The notes beneath the pieces were generated by a model. It saw nothing but the letters and a program-made list of their open reading frames with translations. It was not told the DNA's origin and did no database searches. A DNA stretch of 64,000 nucleotides from an uncultured Mollicutes bacterium (GTDB lineage: Bacteria; Bacillota_I; Bacilli_A; RF39; UBA660): contig UQQI01000001.1 in NCBI GenBank assembly GCA_900543055.1, positions 14,350 to 78,349 of the forward strand. The letters run 5' to 3'. Positions 17,125 through 28,157 of this stretch are shown in pieces (within the stretch, counting starts at the first letter, position 1; every line of letters starts with the position of its first letter). Both the position numbers and the translations under genes were made by a program.

Positions 17125-17760
17125 ACCTGCTAGAACTAATAAATAAAACAAAAAATATAATATCTGATGATTCTTATAAAAAATATGCTAAATACTATGA
17201 TTTAACTGAACCAACTGATAACGCATTTAATGATAAGATAGATATAATTTATGATTTAATTATAAATAAAAAATATGACGATATAGAAATTATCGCAAAA
17301 GAAAGTAACTGTACCTTAGAAGAATGTGTAATGAAAATTCGCTATTTAAAAAATAAAAGACTAATTGGTGACTATTATATCGATATAAACTAAAAGAAAA
17401 TAAGACAATGTTCAGAAAGTGATGAGAAACTTTTAGAAGAATATTCAAAATTTTTATATTATCAACATTTACAAATAGACGAAATAGCATTAAGATATCC
17501 AACAACAACATTTAATAACCTTGAACAGATAAAAGAAAAAATATATAATGACATAGCGTATCTTTATAACAAAGGTCTATTAAATGGAATAAAGTTAAAT
17601 AATGTTGATAAATCAATATCATATTATACTATTGATAAAAGAAAAAACAGTTTAGAATTAAAGACTATTAATTGTCCAAATTGTGGAGCAATTAATGAAC
17701 TTAATAAGTATAGTAAAGTAAAATGTGAGTATTGTGGAACAATAATTGAAGATAACAAAT
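17121..17760 (+). pseudogene. ORF interrupted by a single in-frame TAA (17391-17393). The 90-aa N-part and the 122-codon start-less C-part end in a CxxC…CxxC zinc ribbon
   Basis: The same reading frame continues protein-like after the TAA (KKIRQCSESDEKLLEEY…INCPNCGAINELNKYSKVKCEYCGTIIEDNK) with no ATG/GTG/TTG start before the next stop at 17758-17760. Confidence 0.45.
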
Positions 17761-17839
17761 AATTAATAAACAATAATTATATATATTTTTTATTTATTTT
17801 CTAATAATATGTAAAGAATAAATATGTAAGGAGGTAGTT

Positions 17840-19792
17840 ATGTTTAAATTAGTATCTAAGTATAAGCCAAGCGGAGATCAACCACAAGCAATAGATAAAT
17901 TAGTAAAAGGTATAGAAGAAGGTAAACATGAACAAGTGCTGCTTGGAGCAACAGGAACCGGAAAAACATTTACAATAGCAAATGTAATAGCAAGAACTAA
18001 TAGGCCTACCCTTGTTTTAGCACATAATAAAACTCTTGCAGGACAATTATATAGTGAATTAAAAGAATTGTTCCCTGAAAATAGAGTAGAGTATTTTGTT
18101 TCATATTATGACTACTATCAACCAGAAGCATATGTTCCATCAACTGATACATATATTGAAAAAGACTCATCAATAAATGACGAAATAGATGAATTGCGTC
18201 ATGCTGCAACATCAGCTCTTATTAGTAGAAGAGATGTAATTGTAGTATCATCTGTATCTTGTATATATGGTATTGGAGAAGTTGAAGAATATAAAAATAA
18301 AATGTTAACATTAACAGTTGGTGAAGATATCTCTCGTGAACAAGTATTAACTAAATTAGTAGATATGCTTTATGAAAGAAATGATTTTGATTTCAAACGT
18401 GGCACATTTAGAGTTAGAGGAGATACATTAGAAATAATTCCAGCCAATCAAAATACTCTTGGATTTAGAATTGAGTTTTTTGATGAAGAAATAGATAGAA
18501 TTTGTGAAATAGATACATTAACTGGAACAATTACAAAAAATATGAAAAACGTAAGTATTTTCCCAGCAAGTCATTTCGTTGTAAGTGATGAAAAACTACA
18601 AGCAGCAATTGTTAGAATAAAAAAAGAATTACAAGATCGATTAGAAGAATTAAAAAATAATAACAAATTATTAGCAGCAGAGAGATTAGAGCAAAGAACT
18701 AATTATGATTTAGAAATGTTAGAAGAAACAGGCTTTTGTTCTGGAATAGAAAATTATTCTGCACCAATGGCTGGACGAACTCCAGGAGAAACGCCAACTA
18801 CATTAATGGATTTCTTCCCAGATGACTATCTTTTAGTGGTTGATGAATCACATGTAACACTACCTCAAGTTAGAGGTATGTATAATGGAGATAGAGCAAG
18901 AAAAATGAATTTGGTTGACTATGGCTTTAGATTACCTAGTGCACTAGATAACAGACCTTTAAAATATGAAGAATTTGAAAAGAAAATAAATCAAGCTATA
19001 TATGTGTCTGCAACACCTGGTGATTTAGAATTAGAACATACCAATAATCAATATGTAGAACAAATAATAAGGCCAACAGGTTTATTAGACCCAACAATTG
19101 AAGTTAGAAAAACAGAAGGACAAATAGATGACTTAGTTGGAGAAATTAATGAAAGAATAAATAAAGATGAACGTATTCTTATAACAACATTAACCATAAG
19201 AATGGCTGAAGAGTTAACTAACTATTTAAAAGAACTTGATATTAAAGTTGCATATTTACATAGTGAAGTAAAAACGTTAGAAAGAATGCAAATAATTCAC
19301 GATGTAAGAGCAGGCAAATATAATGTATTAGTTGGAATAAATCTTTTAAGAGAAGGACTAGATATCCCAGAAGTATCTCTAATTGCAATACTAGATGCTG
19401 ATAAGGAAGGATTCTTAAGAAGTAATAGAAGTCTTATTCAAACAATAGGAAGATGTGCAAGAAATGCCAATGGTCATGTTATAATGTATGGTGATAAAAT
19501 AACTGATTCTATGCAACAAGCAATAGATGAAACAGCAAGAAGAAGAAAAATTCAAGAAGAATATAACAAGGAACACGGAATAATTCCACAGACAATAAAG
19601 AAAGAGATAAGAGAAGTAATCTCAAATACAGATACTAAAGAAAGTAAAGGTAAGAAAAAACTTACTAAGAAGGAAATTGCTAGAAATATCGAAAATGTAG
19701 AAGAAGAAATGCGTGAAGCAGCAAGAAATCTAGATTTTGAAAGGGCAATGGAACTTAGAGATATCTTATTTGAAATGAAATCAAATTTATGA
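17840..19792 (+). CDS. uvrB: Excinuclease ABC subunit B
   Basis: RBS AAGGAGG. Helicase motifs GATGTGKT and DESH. C-terminal UvrB/UvrC interaction domain. 650 aa. Confidence 0.95.
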   Translation: MFKLVSKYKPSGDQPQAIDKLVKGIEEGKHEQVLLGATGTGKTFTIANVIARTNRPTLVLAHNKTLAGQLYSELKELFPENRVEYFVSYYDYYQPEAYVPSTDTYIEKDSSINDEIDELRHAATSALISRRDVIVVSSVSCIYGIGEVEEYKNKMLTLTVGEDISREQVLTKLVDMLYERNDFDFKRGTFRVRGDTLEIIPANQNTLGFRIEFFDEEIDRICEIDTLTGTITKNMKNVSIFPASHFVVSDEKLQAAIVRIKKELQDRLEELKNNNKLLAAERLEQRTNYDLEMLEETGFCSGIENYSAPMAGRTPGETPTTLMDFFPDDYLLVVDESHVTLPQVRGMYNGDRARKMNLVDYGFRLPSALDNRPLKYEEFEKKINQAIYVSATPGDLELEHTNNQYVEQIIRPTGLLDPTIEVRKTEGQIDDLVGEINERINKDERILITTLTIRMAEELTNYLKELDIKVAYLHSEVKTLERMQIIHDVRAGKYNVLVGINLLREGLDIPEVSLIAILDADKEGFLRSNRSLIQTIGRCARNANGHVIMYGDKITDSMQQAIDETARRRKIQEEYNKEHGIIPQTIKKEIREVISNTDTKESKGKKKLTKKEIARNIENVEEEMREAARNLDFERAMELRDILFEMKSNL

Positions 19793-20622
19793 AAAAGTTT
19801 AGAAAAATATATATAGAAATAACTAATGTATGTAATTTAAAGTGCTCATTTTGTAGTGAGGTAACAAAAAAAAGAAGATTTATGACAAAAGATGAATTTG
19901 AACTTATTCTTAAAAAAATAAATAAGTACACGGATTATATTTATTTGCATGTAAAAGGAGAACCACTACTTCATAAAGATATCATAGAGTTTATTAATAT
20001 GGCATCAAAATATAATATAAAAGTAAATCTAACAACTAATGGAACATTATTTCCAAATATTGCTGAGCAATTAGGTAAATTAAGTGCTCTACATAAAATA
20101 AATTTTTCTCTTCATTCAGAAAATAATTTAGAAAATTATCTAGAAAATATCTTTGAAAATATTAAGTATTTAAAAAAAGATACAATTGTAATTTATAGAT
20201 TATGGACTCTAAATAATAATAAATTATATAATAAGTCACAAAAAATAGTGGAAAAAATAAAAAAATATTATAATTTACCACAAGAAACTGTTGAAAAAAT
20301 AGAAAATGAAAGCAATATAAAGATAAATTCCACAATATATGTTGATAAAGATAATGAGTTTTCATGGCCTAAAGAATCAAATTATCAAAGTAATGGCTAT
20401 TGTTATGCATTAAAAACTCAAATAGCAATATTATGTGATGGAACAGTAGTACCATGTTGTCTAGACTCAAATGGCAAAGTTCCATTAGGAAATATCTACA
20501 CAGAAGATTTAGAAGAAATAATAAATAGTGAAAAATACCAAAAATTAAAAAAATCTTTTCAAGATAGAAAGCCATGTGAAGATTTATGTAAATCATGTAC
20601 ATTTAAAGAAAAGTTCAACTAA
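19789..20622 (+). CDS. Radical SAM protein with a C-terminal SPASM/twitch-like Cys cluster (277 aa), function unknown
   Basis: CNLKCSFC (CxxxCxxC) at residues 15-22. C-terminal [11 protein letters not shown]…C…CKSC. ATG overlaps the uvrB stop (ATGA), implying translational coupling. Confidence 0.7.
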   Translation: MKKFRKIYIEITNVCNLKCSFCSEVTKKRRFMTKDEFELILKKINKYTDYIYLHVKGEPLLHKDIIEFINMASKYNIKVNLTTNGTLFPNIAEQLGKLSALHKINFSLHSENNLENYLENIFENIKYLKKDTIVIYRLWTLNNNKLYNKSQKIVEKIKKYYNLPQETVEKIENESNIKINSTIYVDKDNEFSWPKESNYQSNGYCYALKTQIAILCDGTVVPCCLDSNGKVPLGNIYTEDLEEIINSEKYQKLKKSFQDRKPCEDLCKSCTFKEKFN

Positions 20623-20663
20623 AAACATACCAAAATTATTTTGATATGTTTTTATAAAAAAGC

Positions 20664-22082
20664 TTATTTAAAGAACACAGTATTATAATCAATAAATCTA
20701 TTCTTACTATACTCATAATCGATTTTTTTATCTTTTAAATTATAAGCTTCAAGTAGTTTATTTTTTAATAATTCTTCATTACCTTCGTTAAAATATTCAA
20801 GCGGAATAACAATACCATTTTCCTTATCAACAACATTCAATTCATGAATTGCTGGAATATCTGTAGTAATAATCTTAGTTTTAGAACATAATGCTTCAGT
20901 TAAAGAATAAGAAAGAGCTTCCGTTCTACTAAATTGAACTAAATAATCACTATCAGATATATAATCAATTACATTAGTAACACAATTTCTAAATATAAGA
21001 CCACCTTGGTTTGCTTCAACAATATCAGTAAATACACTCCATGTATATGGAATTTTTTCTTTATCTAAAATGCTTGCTGCTTTCTTGATTCTATCCATTC
21101 CTTTTTCTGGAGCATTTCTAATTGCAGAAATTAGTCTCATATGAGGTTTAATTTTTTTCTTATCATAAGTAAATGGATTGTATATATATTCAATATTATT
21201 TGTTGGAAAATAACCATAAGCAGTATCTCTAGCAATTTTAGAAACTGCAATATACCTATCATATATATCATCAACAAACCTAGCAGATGCCTCGTAGTCA
21301 GCCATATTGCCATGAATAAAAATACAAGACTCTTTTAAAGTATAAATATTAATAGGGTAAAAATAAGTTGAATATGTAGTTACCAAACTATCACAAATAT
21401 AGTCAATATCTTCATCTAGTTTTACACAACTAAAATATTCTTCAAATCTCTTCTTAGTAACTTCATTAATTTCTGTATATATAATTGTTATTGGATACTC
21501 AGAAAAAGCCTTTCCAATTTCGTTTAACCAAGTTACATAACCGTTAAACATTCCATTACAAAAAGCACCAACATAAACAATATTTTTATAGTAAACACTT
21601 TGTCTTCTATTTACCATATTTAAGATATTATAAAATTCCCCATCTTTATTATGAAAATATAAAACATTAGAAATATTAGTACGATTTACAAAAATATCAT
21701 TAAATCCAGTAAAATTATTTCTTATTAATTCAATTAATTTATTCTTATTAAAAACAAAATTCCATATATATGAATTTTTCTTTGGAACTTTACTATTTAA
21801 ATCATATTCATCAGTCCTAACTTTAAGTTCACGAACGTAATCATAATTAATTCTATAATTTATAAAACAAGAATCAAATTCATTAAATTTAATTTTATCT
21901 AAAATTCTACTGAAATAATCATCTGAAATATTATCTTCGCTATCAACAAAAGATATATAACTACCACGTGCATTAAAGATATCTTCCAATTTATTAAATC
22001 GTATTATTTCGACTTCATCACGGATATCTTTAATAAATAAATCTTCATTACCTAAAATAAAAGTTGTTAAAATCTTATTCAA
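20664..22082 (-). CDS. Glycosyltransferase (472 aa): GT-B/GT4-like C-terminal domain with an EX7E motif and an N-terminal GT-A-like fragment
   Basis: C-terminal FSRTEALSYSLTEAL (E-x7-E, as in GT4). N-terminal FVDSEDNISDDYF resembles the GT2 DxD region. Convergent with the radical SAM gene. Confidence 0.55.
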   Translation of the reverse strand: MNKILTTFILGNEDLFIKDIRDEVEIIRFNKLEDIFNARGSYISFVDSEDNISDDYFSRILDKIKFNEFDSCFINYRINYDYVRELKVRTDEYDLNSKVPKKNSYIWNFVFNKNKLIELIRNNFTGFNDIFVNRTNISNVLYFHNKDGEFYNILNMVNRRQSVYYKNIVYVGAFCNGMFNGYVTWLNEIGKAFSEYPITIIYTEINEVTKKRFEEYFSCVKLDEDIDYICDSLVTTYSTYFYPINIYTLKESCIFIHGNMADYEASARFVDDIYDRYIAVSKIARDTAYGYFPTNNIEYIYNPFTYDKKKIKPHMRLISAIRNAPEKGMDRIKKAASILDKEKIPYTWSVFTDIVEANQGGLIFRNCVTNVIDYISDSDYLVQFSRTEALSYSLTEALCSKTKIITTDIPAIHELNVVDKENGIVIPLEYFNEGNEELLKNKLLEAYNLKDKKIDYEYSKNRFIDYNTVFFK

Positions 22083-22157
22083 ATTACCACATCCTAATAA
22101 TAATATAGCATATTTTTATTTAAAAAGTTTATTTACATTAATAAAAATAAGATTTTG

Positions 22158-22166
22158 TGGTATAAT
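22158..22166 (+). promoter_or_regulatory. Extended -10 (TGgTATAAT) of the uvrA promoter
   Basis: TGGTATAAT lies 18 nt upstream of ATG 22184. No GAAC-N4-GTTC LexA box is visible. Confidence 0.4.
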
Positions 22167-22183
22167 ATGCGAGAGGTGTTTAT

Positions 22184-24997
22184 ATGGATAAAATTATAGT
22201 AAAAGGTGCCAGAGAAAATAATTTAAAAAATGTAAATATAGAACTTCCTAAAAATAAAATGATAGTTATGACAGGTTTATCAGGAAGTGGAAAAAGTTCA
22301 CTTGCTTTTGACACGATTTATGCAGAAGGTCAAAGAAGATATGTAGAAAGTCTATCTGCTTATGCAAGACAATTTTTAGGTGGTTCTGAAAAGCCAGATG
22401 TTGATTCGATTGAAGGATTATCTCCAGCTATTAGTATTGATCAAAAAACAACATCTAATAACCCACGTTCTACTGTAGGAACAGTAACAGAGATATATGA
22501 TTATCTAAGACTATTATTCGCAAGAGTTGGTACACCATATTGTCCAAATCATAATATTCCAATATCTTCACAAAGCGTAGAAGAAATGACAAATAAAATT
22601 ATGGAATATCCACTTGGAACAAAAATGGTTATATTATCTCCTGTAGTACATGGAGAAAAAGGTACTCATAAAGATTTGTTTGACAAATTAAGAAAAGAAG
22701 GTTATGTAAGAGTACGTGTAAATGGAGAAATATATGATTTAGGTGAAGAAATTACTCTTGAAAAAAATATTAAGGATAAAATTGATGTTGTAATTGATAG
22801 AATAGTATTAAAAGAAGAATCAAGGAGTCGTTTATTCGAAGCAATTGAACAAGCGACAAAATTATCAAGCGGAAAAGTAGTAATTCAAATATTAGGTGAA
22901 AATAAAAAGGAAATAGTTTTTTCCGAACAATTTGCATGTCCTCATTGTGAATTTAGTCTACCTGAGTTAGAACCAAGACTATTTAGTTTTAATGCTCCAT
23001 ATGGTGCTTGTCCAGATTGCAAAGGATTAGGAATAAAATTACAAATTGACCCAGACTTAGTAATACCTGATAAGAGTTTATCAATTAATGAAGGATGCAT
23101 CAAAACACTTAGTGATGATCAAGAAAATATGGACTACAAAAAACTAGAGTGTGTTTGTAAACACTATAAAATTGATATGGATAAACCATTCAATAAACTA
23201 ACTAAAAAACAAAAAGAAATGATTTTATATGGATCAGATGAAATAATACATTTTAACTATCAGACAAAAAGTGGAAATATTATGAATTCAAAAAACATCT
23301 ATGAAGGAATTATAAATAATCTTCAAAGAAGATATATGGAAACAAGTTCAACTTGGATTAGAGAATGGCTTGAAAATTACATGATTGAATATGAATGTGA
23401 TACATGTAAAGGTGCAAGATTAAATGATGATGTATTACAAGTAAAAGTTGGAAATAAAAATATTCATGAAGTAACTTGTATGAGTATAAAAGAGTTAATT
23501 ATATTCTTTAAGAATTTAAAATTATCAAAAGAAAAAACTGAGATAGCAAGATTGATATTAAAAGAAATAGAAGACAGATTAAATTTTTTACAAAATGTTG
23601 GCCTTGAATATTTAACTTTAAGTAGAAGTGCTGGAACATTATCAGGAGGAGAAGCACAAAGAATCAGATTAGCTACTCAAATAGGTTCACACTTAACAGG
23701 TGTATTATATGTATTAGATGAACCTAGTATTGGACTACATCAAAGAGACAATGAAAAACTGATAAATTCGATGCTTGAGATGAGAGATTTAGGAAATACA
23801 CTAATTGTTGTAGAACATGATGAAGATACAATGCGAGCATGCGATTATTTGGTCGATATTGGACCAGGAGCTGGAGATAAAGGTGGAACAGTAGTTGCCT
23901 GTGGAACACCAGAAGAAGTAATGAAAAACGAAAAAAGCATTACTGGACAATATTTAAGTGGTAAAAAAAGAATAGAAGTCCCAGAAAAGAGAAGAAAAGG
24001 AAATGGTAAATTTATAAAAATAAAAGGTGCCGAAGAACACAACTTAAAAAATATAGACGTAGATATTCCTTTAGGAACATTCACTTGTATTACGGGAGTA
24101 TCTGGAAGTGGAAAATCCTCTCTAATTAATGAAATACTTGTAAAAAAAGTTTCTCAAGAGTTATATCATAGTAAAGAAAAGCCAGGAAAACATAAGAAGA
24201 TATTAGGAATAGATAACTTGGACAAAATAGTTGCTATTTCTCAAAATCCAATAGGAAGAACACCTAGATCAAATCCAGCTACATATACTGGAGTATTTGA
24301 TGATATAAGAACATTATTCACAACAACAAAAGAAGCAAAAATGTATGGTTTTGAAAAAAATCGTTTTTCATTTAATGTAAAAGGTGGAAGATGTGAGGCT
24401 TGTCGTGGAGATGGTGTTAAAAAAATAGAAATGCACTTTTTACCAGATGTATATGTTCCTTGTGAAGTTTGTCATGGAACACGTTATAATCAAGAAACAT
24501 TAAACATAAAATATAAGGGAAAGAATATTGCAGAAGTACTTGATATGAGAGTTTCTGAAGCATTAAAATTTTTTGAAAATGTACCAAAAATAAGTCATAA
24601 ATTACAAGTTTTAGAAGACGTTGGACTAGGATATATAAAATTAGGTCAAAGTGCTCCAACATTATCAGGAGGAGAAGCAGAACGTGTAAAATTAGCAAAA
24701 GAACTTCAAAGAAAAGCAACAGGAAAAACATTGTTTGTTTTAGATGAACCAACAACAGGATTACACACTGATGATATCAAGCGTCTTCTTGCAATTCTAC
24801 AAAAAATAGTAGATAATAAAGATACTGTGGTAGTAATTGAACACAACCTAGACGTTATAAAAGTGTCTGATTATATCATAGATTTAGGTCCTGAAGGTGG
24901 AGATGAAGGTGGTAATATTGTTGCTACTGGAACACCAGAGGAAATTGCAAAAGAAAAAGGCTCATACACAGGACAATTTCTAAAGAAAATGCTATAG
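22184..24997 (+). CDS. uvrA: Excinuclease ABC subunit A
   Basis: Two ABC modules (GLSGSGKSSLAF and GVSGSGKSSLIN, with LSGGE signatures), zinc-finger Cys pairs. 937 aa. Confidence 0.95.
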   Translation: MDKIIVKGARENNLKNVNIELPKNKMIVMTGLSGSGKSSLAFDTIYAEGQRRYVESLSAYARQFLGGSEKPDVDSIEGLSPAISIDQKTTSNNPRSTVGTVTEIYDYLRLLFARVGTPYCPNHNIPISSQSVEEMTNKIMEYPLGTKMVILSPVVHGEKGTHKDLFDKLRKEGYVRVRVNGEIYDLGEEITLEKNIKDKIDVVIDRIVLKEESRSRLFEAIEQATKLSSGKVVIQILGENKKEIVFSEQFACPHCEFSLPELEPRLFSFNAPYGACPDCKGLGIKLQIDPDLVIPDKSLSINEGCIKTLSDDQENMDYKKLECVCKHYKIDMDKPFNKLTKKQKEMILYGSDEIIHFNYQTKSGNIMNSKNIYEGIINNLQRRYMETSSTWIREWLENYMIEYECDTCKGARLNDDVLQVKVGNKNIHEVTCMSIKELIIFFKNLKLSKEKTEIARLILKEIEDRLNFLQNVGLEYLTLSRSAGTLSGGEAQRIRLATQIGSHLTGVLYVLDEPSIGLHQRDNEKLINSMLEMRDLGNTLIVVEHDEDTMRACDYLVDIGPGAGDKGGTVVACGTPEEVMKNEKSITGQYLSGKKRIEVPEKRRKGNGKFIKIKGAEEHNLKNIDVDIPLGTFTCITGVSGSGKSSLINEILVKKVSQELYHSKEKPGKHKKILGIDNLDKIVAISQNPIGRTPRSNPATYTGVFDDIRTLFTTTKEAKMYGFEKNRFSFNVKGGRCEACRGDGVKKIEMHFLPDVYVPCEVCHGTRYNQETLNIKYKGKNIAEVLDMRVSEALKFFENVPKISHKLQVLEDVGLGYIKLGQSAPTLSGGEAERVKLAKELQRKATGKTLFVLDEPTTGLHTDDIKRLLAILQKIVDNKDTVVVIEHNLDVIKVSDYIIDLGPEGGDEGGNIVATGTPEEIAKEKGSYTGQFLKKML

Positions 24998-25007
24998 AGG
25001 TGAGAAT

Positions 25008-25433
25008 GTGCAAGTAGTTATAAATGAAAAAAATAAACTTAGACTAAATAAATTTTTAGATTGGTTATTGTATTTTATAGGATATACAATTGTATTTATT
25101 TTAGTTACAACATTATTTAAAAGTATCCATATCGATAAAAATCACTTTATACTCTGGTCGACGATAATTGTATTTATAGTTTATCTATTAAATAAAACAA
25201 TAAAACCAGTTTTAGTAACATTAACTATTCCAATAACAGGAATAACACTAGGATTATTTTATCCTTGTATAAATGTATTTTTACTAAAGTTAACGGATTG
25301 GATATTAGGACCACATTTTCAAATAACCAATTTATTTGTTGCAATTTTTGCAGCAGTATTATTGTCAATTACCAACTTTATCATGGAAGAAATAATCAAA
25401 ACTATAATTAACAAGGTGAAAACTCATGAATAA
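25008..25433 (+). CDS. DUF360/YvlD-like 4-TM membrane protein (phage-holin-4 superfamily)
   Basis: 141 aa, four TM helices, LT.P…TLGLF…IN..LL motif pattern. Confidence 0.4.
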   Translation: MQVVINEKNKLRLNKFLDWLLYFIGYTIVFILVTTLFKSIHIDKNHFILWSTIIVFIVYLLNKTIKPVLVTLTIPITGITLGLFYPCINVFLLKLTDWILGPHFQITNLFVAIFAAVLLSITNFIMEEIIKTIINKVKTHE

Positions 25434-26220
25434 AATATTTCTTGATTTAGGAATAGTTCAAATAAAATGGTATTCACTATTTATATTTATAGCCATGCTA
25501 GTAGCAAGTATATTAATTTATAGAGAAGCAAGAAGAAAAAAAATAGATGATGACACACTATTTAATATGATATTCTATGGAATAATAATTGGAATTTTAG
25601 GAGCAAGATTTTATTACGTCTTATTTAATCTAAATTATTATTTAAAGTATCCATTAGAGATTCTTATGATTTGGAATGGAGGACTTGCGATACATGGAGG
25701 TTTATTAGCAGGATTATTATTCATGGCATATTATTCTAAGAAACATAAAATTAATATTTTAGGAATTTTAGATATATTAGTAGTAGGAGTAATAATTGCT
25801 CAATCAATTGGTAGATGGGGAAACTTCTTTAACCAAGAAGCATATGGTGGAGTAATTTCTTTAAGTACATTGAAAAGTATGCATCTTCCACAATTTATAA
25901 TTGATGGTATGTATATTGATGGTGCCTATAGAACACCAACATTTCTCTATGAATCATTCAGTTCATTATTATGTTTTATAGTTTTAATATTACTAAGAAA
26001 AACAAAAAAAATACATACTGGACAACTTACAGGCATGTATTTATCGTGGTATGGTATTGAAAGATTTTTTATAGAAGGATTAAGAACTGACTCATTAATG
26101 CTTGGGAATATAAGAATAGCCCAATTAGTTTCATTATTATTTTTACTATCAGGAATAATTTTAATAATATATAGTTATAAGAAAAATAAAAAATACATTG
26201 ATGATAAAATTATGATATAA
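25426..26220 (+). CDS. lgt: Prolipoprotein diacylglyceryl transferase
   Basis: Lgt signature regions (GILGARFYYV…HGGLLAGLL…GRWGNFFNQEAYG). Confidence 0.85.
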   Translation: MNKIFLDLGIVQIKWYSLFIFIAMLVASILIYREARRKKIDDDTLFNMIFYGIIIGILGARFYYVLFNLNYYLKYPLEILMIWNGGLAIHGGLLAGLLFMAYYSKKHKINILGILDILVVGVIIAQSIGRWGNFFNQEAYGGVISLSTLKSMHLPQFIIDGMYIDGAYRTPTFLYESFSSLLCFIVLILLRKTKKIHTGQLTGMYLSWYGIERFFIEGLRTDSLMLGNIRIAQLVSLLFLLSGIILIIYSYKKNKKYIDDKIMI

Positions 26221-26234
26221 ACAAGGAGGAAAAA

Positions 26235-27188
26235 ATGTATAAAAAAGTAGTAGTATTAGGTGGAGGAACAGGAATTTCATATTTATTAAAAGGTTTAAAA
26301 GACTTCCCAGTAGATATAACAGCAGTAATAACTGTATCAGATAATGGAAGATCGACTGGAAAATTAAGAGAAGAGTTCCATACACCAGCAGTAGGAGATA
26401 TTAGAAAAGTTATTACAAATTTATCTCAGATAGATCAGCCAATTAAAGATATGATGTCATATAGATTTAAAACTTCAAGTGATTTAGATGGGCATGCAGT
26501 AGGAAACCTTATTTTAACTGCAATGTTAGATATAACTGGTTCACTAAAAGATTCAATTGCACAATTAAGTAAACTTCTTGATGTAAGACACAAAGTGTTA
26601 CCAATATCAGAAGATTGTGATTTAACATTAATGGGACTTGATAAAGAAGGAAACATAATTGAAGGAGAAGAACAAATAACTGCAGCACATCGTCAATTTG
26701 AAAAGATTTTTTATAAGAAGGAACCTAAAGTATTACAAGAAGTACTTAATGCTTTAAAAGAAGCAGATTTAATAATATTTAGTATGGGAAGTTTGTATAC
26801 AAGCGTTTTACCAAATATTATTTGCAAAGAAGTAGAAGATGTTTTGAATGAAACAAAGGCCCCAATAATGTATACATGTAATATTGTTACACAACCAGGA
26901 GAAACAGATAATTTTACAGTAGGAGATCATGTAAAACTTTTAAATAGATATTTAGATAAGAAAAAAGTAGATGTAGTAATTGCAAACAATGCAAAAATAG
27001 AAGAAGAAATAGCGAAAAGATATGAAAGCCAAGAACAAAAAGACCCAGTTTTAATAGATTATGAAGAATTAGAAAAAATTGGTGTAGAACTAATTGAAGA
27101 TAACTTATTAACAATAGATGACAACACCCTAAAACATGATAGTTTAAAACTTAGTTCTTTAATATTTTCATATCTAATGAGAAAGTAA
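26235..27188 (+). CDS. yvcK: YvcK/UPF0052 family protein (CofD-like gluconeogenesis factor)
   Basis: N-terminal VVVLGGGTG. Immediately upstream of whiA, as in the Firmicutes yvcJ-yvcK-whiA locus. Confidence 0.75.
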   Translation: MYKKVVVLGGGTGISYLLKGLKDFPVDITAVITVSDNGRSTGKLREEFHTPAVGDIRKVITNLSQIDQPIKDMMSYRFKTSSDLDGHAVGNLILTAMLDITGSLKDSIAQLSKLLDVRHKVLPISEDCDLTLMGLDKEGNIIEGEEQITAAHRQFEKIFYKKEPKVLQEVLNALKEADLIIFSMGSLYTSVLPNIICKEVEDVLNETKAPIMYTCNIVTQPGETDNFTVGDHVKLLNRYLDKKKVDVVIANNAKIEEEIAKRYESQEQKDPVLIDYEELEKIGVELIEDNLLTIDDNTLKHDSLKLSSLIFSYLMRK

Positions 27189-28129
27189 TGTCATTTACAG
27201 TAAAAATAAAAGAAGAAATATCTAATATAAAAAGTACAAAATCTGAAATAATAGCAGAATTATCTGGATATATAAGAAATAATGGAATATTTCAAGATAA
27301 CAAAGTAACATTAAATACAGAAAATAAATTTTTGGTTGATAGAATATCAAATTTTATACAAGTAATTACAGATATTAATCCTCAAGTAGAAATAATAGAA
27401 AACCTAAATTTTAGTAAAAAAGAATTATATCAAATAACAATAGAAAACAATTTAGATAAGATGCTAAAAGAATTAGGAATATATAACGAAAAAAATGAGT
27501 ATCTTCCAGTAGTCCCAACATATATAGTTGGTGCAAATGAAGAAATAAGAGCATATCTTAGAGGTGTTTTTTTCGCATCTGGTAGTATCAATGACCCAAA
27601 AACATCAAGATATCATTTAGAAATTCTTGTCACTGAACCAGAAGAAGCAGTATTTGTTCAAAAACTACTAAATATATTTGACTTAAATGCTAAAATATTA
27701 AATAGAGAAAAAGGCTATATGATATACATAAAAGAAGCCGAAAAAATAAGCGATTTTATAAAGATTCTTGGAGCAAACAATGCTGTAATGTATTATGAAA
27801 ACGTAAGAATTTATAGAGATCAAAAAAATAAAACAAATCGTTTAAACAATATGGAACAAGCAAATATTGACAGAGTATTTGAAACAGCAAACGAACAACT
27901 TAGACAAATAAAGATAATTGAAGACAACAATGGAATGGATTTACTAGATGATAGAACAAAACTTGCAGTAAGATATCGTAAAGAGTATCCTGAAACATCA
28001 TTAAAAGAACTAGCAGAAATAATTACATTAGAAACAGGAAAATCTTTATCTAAATCAGGAATAAACCATAGATTTAGAAAAGTTAGAGAACTTGCTGCTT
28101 CATTTGAAAAAATGAATAAAAAATATTAA
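27188..28129 (+). CDS. whiA: DNA-binding protein WhiA
   Basis: 313 aa. LAGLIDADG-like N-domains and a C-terminal HTH (KSLSKSGINHRFRKV). Conserved synteny with yvcK. Confidence 0.8.
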   Translation: MSFTVKIKEEISNIKSTKSEIIAELSGYIRNNGIFQDNKVTLNTENKFLVDRISNFIQVITDINPQVEIIENLNFSKKELYQITIENNLDKMLKELGIYNEKNEYLPVVPTYIVGANEEIRAYLRGVFFASGSINDPKTSRYHLEILVTEPEEAVFVQKLLNIFDLNAKILNREKGYMIYIKEAEKISDFIKILGANNAVMYYENVRIYRDQKNKTNRLNNMEQANIDRVFETANEQLRQIKIIEDNNGMDLLDDRTKLAVRYRKEYPETSLKELAEIITLETGKSLSKSGINHRFRKVRELAASFEKMNKKY

Positions 28130-28157
28130 ATCATTCTTTAAAGAGTGATTTTTTTTA
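28129..28157. terminator. Bidirectional rho-independent terminator between convergent whiA and the clpP-like gene
   Basis: 8-bp stem AATCATTC/GAGTGATT (one G-U pair) with a TTTAAA loop. T8 downstream on + and an A-run upstream. Confidence 0.5.

Noticed and set aside
20162-20602. Minus-strand ORFs inside the radical SAM gene
   Set aside because: Antisense and low-complexity. I considered whether one could be a precursor peptide, but they have no RBS and no Cys/Gly-rich core.
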